Assembly: GCA_013360285.1 (NCBI GenBank)
Contig: JABWCM010000002.1
Span: forward strand, 29,469 to 93,468
From: Myxococcales bacterium
Lineage (GTDB): Bacteria; Myxococcota_A; UBA9042; JABWCM01
Length of the DNA stretch: 64,000 nucleotides
Direction: 5' to 3'
Positions 58,601 to 64,000 of the stretch are shown here, one piece after another. The notes under the pieces are model-generated. The model did no database searches. It worked only from the letters and a program-made list of their open reading frames with translations, and was not told the DNA's origin. The position numbers and the translations under genes are program-made. Within the stretch, counting starts at the first letter, position 1. Each line of letters begins with the position of its first letter.

Positions 58601-59464
58601 GTCGATATCCGGTGCAAATTGGCTCAAGTCCACGTTTTGGGTCGCCGTGGAGAAAGCGGTGTCCGGCCCCCCCGAGAAATAACCGAGACCCGACGAATCA
58701 CCGGGTCCCGAGTCCGCGAGGGACATCCATCCGGGACCCAAATTCCACGGGACCACCGTCAGGTTCGACGACGCGGTCCAGCCGGGAATCGCCACCACCT
58801 CGTTGCCGCTCATGGACGCCGCACCGGCCTCGGCGTCCCCATTGATGAGATGGTTGACCAAACCCAACAACGGATCACAAACAGTGCACCCCCCGCCGCC
58901 ATCACAGAGGCTGGCTCCGCCGCCGCATGGGCTTGGAGAGCCGCCGCAAATGCCGCCGCTGCAACTGTCGGGATACGTACAGGCATTGGAGTCGTTGCAC
59001 ACAAGTCCATCGGGTGCGGCCGTGGTGGCCATACATTGTCCACTCAGACACGAACTGTCCGCTGAACAAAGGTCACCGTCGTCACAAGCCGTTCCGTCGG
59101 GTTGACAATCGCAGGGGCCCGCGGAATCGCAGGAGTCGGGGCATTGGTTCGCGTTTTGGTCGATGCCGCCGGAAACGGGAGCACCAAGGGCATAGGTGAT
59201 GGCGAGTTGCACGTCGGTGACAACGACGAGGCAGTCGCAGTCCAAATCCGCGGCAATGACCGGTCCGCCCAAACAGGCCACCTCCGCCTGGCCGCTCAGC
59301 GAAGCGAGCGCCGCGACAATTCCGCATTGTACGTCGGCAATGTTGACAATCCCGTCGTGGGTCATGTCGCCGGGGGGATCGTAACATGCGGCGCGGGCCG
59401 GCGAATGCAGCGCATGGGCAACGAAAAGAACAGAAAGGCCAGCAGCAAGGGTACGGCTCATCAT
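55661..59464 (-). CDS. large secreted multidomain protein: dockerin-like N-terminus, Cys-rich repeats, discoidin (F5/8 type C)-like domain, MopE-type metal-binding repeats, P-domain-like unit
   Basis: ATGATG at 59464 is preceded by GGGAGA at 7 nt, and the signal peptide is MMSRTLAAGLSVLFVAHALHSPARA-AC. Domains read from the sequence are CDDGNxCT repeats, FLNDGAYGNGSSWIGVGPNNWMKIDLG (discoidin-like), DMDGSPACVDCNDSDPDVWPGAPELCDGKDNDCDG-type repeats (x~6), and GTGAMDLWLFAPDGTGVLLANN (proprotein convertase P-domain-like). The C-terminus is the Cys-rich ...QKCR. Confidence 0.8.
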   Translation of the reverse strand: MMSRTLAAGLSVLFVAHALHSPARAACYDPPGDMTHDGIVNIADVQCGIVAALASLSGQAEVACLGGPVIAADLDCDCLVVVTDVQLAITYALGAPVSGGIDQNANQCPDSCDSAGPCDCQPDGTACDDGDLCSADSSCLSGQCMATTAAPDGLVCNDSNACTYPDSCSGGICGGSPSPCGGGASLCDGGGGCTVCDPLLGLVNHLINGDAEAGAASMSGNEVVAIPGWTASSNLTVVPWNLGPGWMSLADSGPGDSSGLGYFSGGPDTAFSTATQNVDLSQFAPDIDAGTSTFALSGYLGGYEGQGDQVRVSAVFLDTAGETLGQSSIGPVTSADRWSLTGLLLRSACGPVPVGTRTAAVTLEATRFAGLYNDGYADNLRFALVPDVTKLCFTDLDCEYGVVDCTAGVCDANHQCQFVTLEGVCDDGLPCTIDSCDPVKGCQGKSTCDDSDPCTTDFCNALGQCEFKSQCEDGNPCTTGDTCSGGVCVGGAVVPCDDGNVCTFDGCDPAVGCVFAASGGPCDDGNACTVGDSCPTPEVTVVPASLMVGEASCASGATPIAPNCARQNYDNPENLAATSPFGAAYPAVTQATIASGAFDIHQPKFLNDGAYGNGSSWIGVGPNNWMKIDLGTKHKIDRVRLGRDRLGNFDDRDPGRIRILVALADAHYAQGNDDNDLWEYVQVFDSNDTPFSGQITFNETIEARFAAVEARVVKVRVEADGAAIDEIEIPPAMGGSCLAGAALDCDDADPCTADYCVGGMCFHETNASGLEDLDMDGSPACVDCNDSDPDVWPGAPELCDGKDNDCDGLATGEVDMDLDGYLACVDCDDDQPSRFPGAPEVCDGKDSDCDPATTATVTAVRWVNIHVPGGGWANSFWNFNDPISGTAKHKATLYATLPPGKVLDIEVRAHVTHAQGTGAMDLWLFAPDGTGVLLANNAIGAPGFVDTTWDDDATTPIGQLKSSFIGRFKPETPLSAVVGKNSGGSWAFEASDFTSCCGSGVYGTVHWWKLWVKLEVVAGETDQDGDGLLGCAGDCDDTRADVAPGLPELCDAVDNNCDGVLPTDELDVDAEGYATCAGDCNDGNITVYPDAPEICDALDNDCNGVYGAVGEHDLDGDGYFACLDDCNDENGSIHPGASEACDGIDNDCSGAVSDEELDPDGDGWMTCLDCGPTDPKAYPNATGFYDVPYAWYGGGLSWDYDCNGAFQKLWTEQGSPCGGFFGFCGFTPGWVNTPAPTCGVSASWYKDCPSALFCDQGTTEMRKQKCR

Positions 59465-59521
59465 CGGTTGTCTCCCGGAGTTTGTGGGACCAAAAGGCAG
59501 TCCCAGGAGGCTCACGGCTCA

Positions 59522-59609
59522 GAGAGTTTGTGAAAAAATAGCTGAACGAACTTGGACGGATGCTTTTGTCCCCACTGCCCAGAGTCCGCGCAGCTATTTT
59601 TTCACAGAC
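59522..59609 (+). mobile_element. MITE-like element, family A short form (termini only)
   Basis: 88 bp, GAGAGTTTGTGAAAAAATAGCTG...CAGCTATTTTTTCACAGAC, forming a long hairpin. It is flanked by TCA (59519-59521 and 59610-59612) and lies ~55 nt upstream of the 59464 start codon. Confidence 0.65.
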
Positions 59610-59612
59610 TCA

Positions 59613-59775
59613 GAGAGTCAGCTTCAAGCCGGAAGTGACCCTGGTCGAGCTAGTTTAGCGCTGAATTGGCCGGGACCGGACTGAGGAATATCGGGAATAT
59701 TCCGCAAGGACGGGACTGGCCAAGGCAGCCTAAATTAGCCGAACAGGGTTCGCTTATCTATTTTCGCTGACCCTC
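59613..59775 (+). mobile_element. MITE-like element, family B
   Basis: 163 bp, GAGAGTCAGCTTCAAGCC...TTTTCGCTGACCCTC, flanked by TCA on both sides (59610-59612, 59776-59778). It is directly abutted by the family A short element. Confidence 0.7.
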
Positions 59776-60094
59776 TCAAACCATTCCTCCACGGTACACC
59801 TGATTTCGTCTTAGATCGTCGTGCTACTTTTCGCAACCAAAAAAACACCGAACTCGGTTACACGGTCGGGATTTTTCGCGAGCATGACACATCCGGTTGG
59901 CCATCGGTGCATCTGCTGGATTGTTCGGCATGTCGCGCGCGGCACTTCGGGGACCCGGTCTTGCCGCCCGCCGCGGGTGCAGCACGCCTGGCTGGGCACG
60001 CCGGCGCGCGGTGTCGCCCCCGCGATGGCGTGCACCCGCGCAGAACGGGAGTTGGCCCCGCGCCTGCCGTGCTTTCCGACTTTCGTAAGCCTTC

Positions 60095-60122
60095 TTGACA
60101 CACCAGTTCCGTTTGTTATTGT
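60095..60122 (+). promoter_or_regulatory. candidate sigma70-type promoter (TTGACA-16 nt-TATTGT)
   Basis: The hexamers were read directly from the sequence, ~100 nt upstream of the ATG at 60220. This is a pattern match only. Confidence 0.25.
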
Positions 60123-60219
60123 CGCGGTCGTTTCAAAAAGCCTTCTCCGGTCGGATTTTTGGGCCGAACACCTTGTTGACCCCCTGCGGCCTCGTCACGG
60201 CAAGGCAAAGCGAGAACTC

Positions 60220-61845
60220 ATGACCGCACGACGCTGGATTGGACCCTACCTTTGTTATAACTCCGCTTACGGCGGTGAATCGCTGCGAGCCAATGCTTCT
60301 ACCGGGCTTGCCAACGTTCAACGGGCGTTGCAGCTTTGCGCCACTTCTTCGCAGCCCATCGAGGCTACCTTGACCGTTTACGATGCCCAATCCGAAACAT
60401 TGTATCGCGCCACCCGGGGCAAGGGTCCTCGGACCGATGACGGCATGGCGCAGCGGGGGTCCCTTGGCGCCCCCAACCCCCTCGTAGCCTCGGCCGAAGC
60501 CGCCTTCGGTGCCGGTCAACCGCATCGTTTTGCCGAGGGCGCTTCGGGGGACTTGTGGGAGACGCAATGGAAGATCGACCTGGATACGCCCGGGTTTGCC
60601 GAAACTTGGGAGCGTATGGCCCAGTGGGTGGTCGCGCATGGCGATGCTGACGCCATTCGTTGGTCCTTTGGGGATACGTCGGGTTATCCCACCGATCCCC
60701 AGGTGGAGTTGAACCTTCACTACACGCCGATCTGGAAATTTCCCGACCAGGACGCCCCCATGCCGGGTCAGCCCGTACACGAATATGGCACGAATCGTCT
60801 CCTGGTTTTCTTGCGGCGAAATAGTTCAGTCATCCTCGACATTTGGGTTCCCCTGAGCCAGGTCGACCCGACGTTCGCCGCCTGGGAGATGGCCTTCTGC
60901 GACGCCCTCGGCATTCAACTGGCGCCGGCCCGGTGGCGCCTGGGGTCGTATAGCTCCGGCCCCGGCGGTCCCAGCATCAAACACGATCAGGGGCGGTATC
61001 GGCGCCTCGATTGGACCGCGGACGGCAAGGCGGCCGGCCCGCCCGCCGGTCCCTGGGATACCGCCATCGAGGGAATTCTGGCCCCCAAGGTGACCCTGGA
61101 CGAGCGAATCCGACTCAAGGAAGAACTGGAAACCCATCCTCGCGGACCCGTGGTTTTTGGTCTCGTCACGCGTATGGCAGCACTGAAGGGGGCGCCCCTG
61201 GAACGGGGTGAGAGTGCTCTCACCATGCTCGCCGCGGAACCGGAAGGTCGGCACGTCTTGGCTCCGGCGTTCCAATGGCTGTTTCAATACCCGCCGCCCA
61301 GCAAACAGATGCGCGCCATCGCCTACTCGCTGCGCGCCGTCGCCGGAGACGATTGGTACTTGGAATTGGCGTACGAGCAGTTGGAAACCAAGAAGATTCC
61401 GCCGGTCATCGTCGACTTGTTCGCGGAAATGACCGCGCCGGCGTATGCGTATGACCGCGCACCCGGCGAAGATCCCCTGGCCCGCCCGCGGTTTTTGGCG
61501 GCCCTGTTGCGCAAACTGCGCACGGCCAAACCGTCGCCTCGCCGCGGGGAATTCACCTACCGCTTGGGCGCCTGCGACGACGGTTCCGCCTGGGCCACGT
61601 GGATGCTGGAGGCGGCCACACCCATGCCCACCTTCGAATCCCGCACCGAATCCTGGAGTTGGTACACCCTGCGCCAATGGGCCGGGGCCCGCAAAGTAGT
61701 AGACCCCCGAGCCGCCCCGTACATGGCCATGCTGCCGCCGCTGGACGAGCTGATCGGCAACCGAGACCAACCCCAACCCTTCGACCTCGTGCTCACCGAT
61801 GAACAGCGGGCCGAATTGGATGCGATTGAACATACGTGGTTGTAG
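60220..61845 (+). CDS. hypothetical protein (orphan, no recognisable motif)
   Basis: Long ORF in a GC-rich segment. The first ATG after the putative promoter is codon 134 of the track ORF (MTARRWIGPY...). The region upstream of that codon is GC-rich and open in several frames, so it is probably non-coding. Confidence 0.5.
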   Translation: MTARRWIGPYLCYNSAYGGESLRANASTGLANVQRALQLCATSSQPIEATLTVYDAQSETLYRATRGKGPRTDDGMAQRGSLGAPNPLVASAEAAFGAGQPHRFAEGASGDLWETQWKIDLDTPGFAETWERMAQWVVAHGDADAIRWSFGDTSGYPTDPQVELNLHYTPIWKFPDQDAPMPGQPVHEYGTNRLLVFLRRNSSVILDIWVPLSQVDPTFAAWEMAFCDALGIQLAPARWRLGSYSSGPGGPSIKHDQGRYRRLDWTADGKAAGPPAGPWDTAIEGILAPKVTLDERIRLKEELETHPRGPVVFGLVTRMAALKGAPLERGESALTMLAAEPEGRHVLAPAFQWLFQYPPPSKQMRAIAYSLRAVAGDDWYLELAYEQLETKKIPPVIVDLFAEMTAPAYAYDRAPGEDPLARPRFLAALLRKLRTAKPSPRRGEFTYRLGACDDGSAWATWMLEAATPMPTFESRTESWSWYTLRQWAGARKVVDPRAAPYMAMLPPLDELIGNRDQPQPFDLVLTDEQRAELDAIEHTWL

Positions 61846-62141
61846 GGCGCTGGGGGGGCGGGTCAGGACGCAGATGGGTGCGTTGCAAACGCCCGGGCTT
61901 CTCCGTGCCCGTGCTCGTGCCCGTGCCCGCGGCTATCGAAGGTCATTGGGACACGCTTTGGGTCCGTTATGCGAGTCTGCCCCGCGTCGCTTGGGCACGC
62001 CGCCGTCAACCCTGGCGCTTGCAACGCACCCGACGCAGATTGCTGAAAAACGCCCACGGAAAGTCGCGACACCCTTGCCCACCTTCGAATCCCGTAACGA
62101 GTGAATCCATGCCGGGACGGCGTGCCACAAGATGGCCAGGA

Positions 62142-62534
62142 TCACTTCTCCTCATCCAGGTCCGTCGGCAAACGCGTAGAAGTGCCGCGCTCGCGCTCGA
62201 TCGCGCGCAGCCGGGTGGTCGCCACCCACCACCACACCCCGGCGATCGGGATCAAAGCCGCCGGTGCCCACGGCTGGCCCTCCAGCGCGGCCGCCAGCCC
62301 ACCGGCCAGCGCGAGCAGCACGACAAAAAAACGCCACGTTTGCCAGATGCGGTGAGATTGGCACAACCCGCACAGCGTTTCGGGTTGCGGAATCAGGCGG
62401 GAACCGAACAGATGACGGGCGACCCACGCGGGCCCACCGTGGGTATCACAGAAGTTACGTGAACAGCCGGCACAGCGGACAGAAGGGCGGGCTACGCAGG
62501 TTGAGCATCCCCCGTGCGAGACATCGGCTTTCAT
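62142..62534 (-). CDS. zinc-ribbon membrane protein (hypothetical)
   Basis: The likely start is MKADVSHGGCSTCVARPSVRCAGCSRNFCDTHG (CxxC...CxxC plus a later CGLC), followed by two TM helices (WRFFVVLLALAGGLAAAL; ALIPIAGVWWWVATT). It shares a 4-nt overlap with the upstream ORF. Confidence 0.5.
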   Translation of the reverse strand: MKADVSHGGCSTCVARPSVRCAGCSRNFCDTHGGPAWVARHLFGSRLIPQPETLCGLCQSHRIWQTWRFFVVLLALAGGLAAALEGQPWAPAALIPIAGVWWWVATTRLRAIERERGTSTRLPTDLDEEK

Positions 62535-62866
62535 CGCCGCATGACTCCACCCGGGGGACGATCCCGAAAGGCGACCTGCTGCACGAACCGCCGCAGCCGC
62601 GCCCATTGGGCGTCCCACGACTCCGATACCCCGGTTTCGAATCCGACGAAGTGCGACAGATTGTTGTGAATATCGAGTTGGGACGGACGCGCGTCGGTGT
62701 ACGGGACTGGAACCGTCCACTTGCGGTTGGGTTCACACGTCATCGAGGACGGGACCCGGTTGGTGAGGGCCCAGACGTGGACGTTGGCGCCGATGTCGGC
62801 CCCAACCGCGCCCACATGGAAACCGCCTACGTACATGGAGTTGTCGCCCCGCATGGATGCGCCCAT
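62531..62866 (-). CDS. hypothetical protein
   Basis: 111-aa ORF whose stop overlaps the start of the zinc-ribbon gene, in an ATGA-type arrangement. No recognisable family. Competing ORFs on the other strand make this tentative. Confidence 0.35.
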   Translation of the reverse strand: MGASMRGDNSMYVGGFHVGAVGADIGANVHVWALTNRVPSSMTCEPNRKWTVPVPYTDARPSQLDIHNNLSHFVGFETGVSESWDAQWARLRRFVQQVAFRDRPPGGVMRR

Positions 62867-62872
62867 ATTTCT

Positions 62873-63229
62873 TCAGGAATTCTGTGTGTCGGTGGACATT
62901 TCGGTGAGGAATTTTTTGGCGGACTCGCCGTCGGCAGCCGTCACCAAACCCATTAGGACCGCATCCAACTGGTCCTGGTCGGCGTTTTCCAACATTTGGC
63001 GGGTCCGTGGGGTCAACGGACCGCATTTGGCTTCCGCGGCTCGAAGAACGCCCTGGCGGTACCTTCCGATGGCCCTTGCCAATCCCTCCTGCATGGCTTG
63101 CTGAACCCTGCAATTTGCGAGTTCGCTGGCCATTTCGAGTCCGATCCGGAATCCCTTCTCGAACCCGTCTTGCAGGCCTTGCTGATACCACTTTTGCCCC
63201 AGTTCACTTGCGATTCGAGGAACTGCCAT
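62873..63229 (-). CDS. stand-alone DUF4351-like protein (duplicate of the C-terminal tail of the adjacent Rpn-like gene)
   Basis: 118 aa. The segment RAAEAKCGPLTPRTRQMLENADQDQLDAVLMGLVTAADGESAKKFL is near-identical to the C-terminus of the 63282-64000 product, and the N-terminal (Q/E)xG(F/I)xxG repeats are also shared. Confidence 0.6.
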   Translation of the reverse strand: MAVPRIASELGQKWYQQGLQDGFEKGFRIGLEMASELANCRVQQAMQEGLARAIGRYRQGVLRAAEAKCGPLTPRTRQMLENADQDQLDAVLMGLVTAADGESAKKFLTEMSTDTQNS

Positions 63230-63281
63230 GTCCTCCTCTAACTGTTGTCGTGCAACATCTCGCGCGAGGGAAACTACAAAC

Positions 63282-64000
63282 TCATTTGCGCTTGGATGCG
63301 GACAATTTGGTCAGGAACTGTCTGGCGGATTCGCCGTCGGCGGCTGTCACCAAACCCAATAGGACCGCATCCAACTGGTCCTGGTTGGCGTTTTCCAACA
63401 TTCGGCGGGTCCGTGGGGTCAACGGACCGCATTTGGATTCTGCGGCTCGAAGGATATTGTGGCGGTACGATTCGATTGTTTTCTCGATCCCCTGCTCGAT
63501 CCCCTTCTCCATTCCCTCCTCGAATTTTTTTCTGCCGAATTCACTTGCGATTTGAGTAACTTCCATCTCTTCCTCCAACTGTTGTCGTGCGGCTTCGTTC
63601 AACGCAGCGAACACTGCGTCAATATACTGGTCCCTCAACGGCTCTGCAAAGTTGGTGATTTGGCGGAACGCTTCCCTGGCCGCCGGCACGGCGTCTGCCG
63701 ACTTTCCGTGAATCATGGCCACCAGCACGGCCCACTCCGGGATCGTTGGTGCACTGCCGCCCTCCTTCGGCATCGTCAACGTCGATTCGTCGATCACCAA
63801 CGGTGTCAGCGCGAATCCCGGGTGGCCTATCGTTATCGTTTGTCTGTACCACTCCGCCACCTGGGGGTTGGGTGTAATCACCAACAAATACGCCGGACAG
63901 CGCAGTTTTAGCCGTGCCGACGTCACATAGGCCGGGTGCGTCCATTGTTTTTCCGCATCGATGGCCAACTGCGCTTCTACGACGATCGCCGCGACGTTGA
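63282..64000 (-). CDS. Rpn/YhgA-like PD-(D/E)XK putative transposase with DUF4351-like C-terminus (5-prime end outside the window)
   Basis: The frame stays open to the window edge (..NVAAIVVEAQLAIDAEKQW..., an ExQ/K nuclease-like motif). It continues LKLRCPAYLLVITPN... and ends with a C-terminal GPLTPRTRRMLENANQDQLDAVLLGLVTAADGESARQFL tail. Confidence 0.6.
   Translation of the reverse strand, partial: NVAAIVVEAQLAIDAEKQWTHPAYVTSARLKLRCPAYLLVITPNPQVAEWYRQTITIGHPGFALTPLVIDESTLTMPKEGGSAPTIPEWAVLVAMIHGKSADAVPAAREAFRQITNFAEPLRDQYIDAVFAALNEAARQQLEEEMEVTQIASEFGRKKFEEGMEKGIEQGIEKTIESYRHNILRAAESKCGPLTPRTRRMLENANQDQLDAVLLGLVTAADGESARQFLTKLSASKRK

Noticed and set aside
61625-61645. The ttcgaatccc string, also at 62083-62093, resembles a tRNA T-loop and so could mark a tRNA 3-prime end or an att site.
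   Set aside because: The flanking bases cannot form a T-stem (ccacc versus cccgc) or an acceptor stem. The first copy lies inside a long ORF.
61863-62072. Short minus-strand ORF with a GHGHEHGHG His-rich stretch, arising from a gtgcccgtgctcgtgcccgtgccc micro-repeat.
   Set aside because: It is only 69 aa, has no start context, and lies in a GC-rich intergenic region open in several frames. The micro-repeat is too short to call a feature.
62264-62956. 230-aa plus-strand ORF overlapping the 62142-62866 minus-strand genes.
   Set aside because: The translation is Arg-, Pro- and Gly-rich and low-complexity. The minus-strand products show a zinc ribbon and TM helices. The call remains tentative without codon-usage scoring.

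Overview
This is a 64-kb chromosomal window from a moderately GC-rich bacterium. It is most plausibly Myxococcota or deltaproteobacteria-like. That is an inference from the CxDGNxCTxDxC Cys-rich repeats, the MopE-type DxDGDG...DCDD repeats and the many lipoproteins with acidic linkers; no search was run. The left half is mostly housekeeping and energy metabolism. It holds two putative outer-membrane proteins, an unusually long histidine ammonia-lyase-family gene, hisS, and a complete group-3b-type soluble [NiFe]-hydrogenase operon. That operon includes an embedded cyclic-nucleotide-binding gene, a maturation protease, a HypA-like unit and hypFCDE. It is followed by a beta-propeller lipoprotein, a HAD-IG 5-prime-nucleotidase, an ECF sigma/anti-sigma pair, ald, a NifS-like desulfurase and ahcY. 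The right half is dominated by secreted and surface proteins. These include an 808-aa Cys-rich lipoprotein, an alpha/beta-hydrolase lipoprotein and a PNGase-F-like protein with a LamG insertion. There is also a 3,911-aa protein made of repeated Cys modules and Pmp-type beta-helices, with a phage-tail-collar gene downstream, and a ~1,270-aa multidomain protein that shares a dockerin-like N-terminus with it. A two-gene Fic module lies between repeat elements. The most distinctive non-coding signal is a set of 11 MITE-like elements, 10 full-length and one solo end. They start with GAG, have long terminal inverted repeats and 3-bp flanking duplications, and several sit exactly on stop codons or just upstream of the two large surface-protein genes. 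The last ~4 kb is visibly more GC-rich. It carries orphan genes and a partial PD-(D/E)XK (Rpn/YhgA-like) putative transposase with a duplicated DUF4351-like tail. I found no rRNA, tRNA or CRISPR array. All family assignments rest on motif recognition by eye and need HMM or BLAST confirmation.
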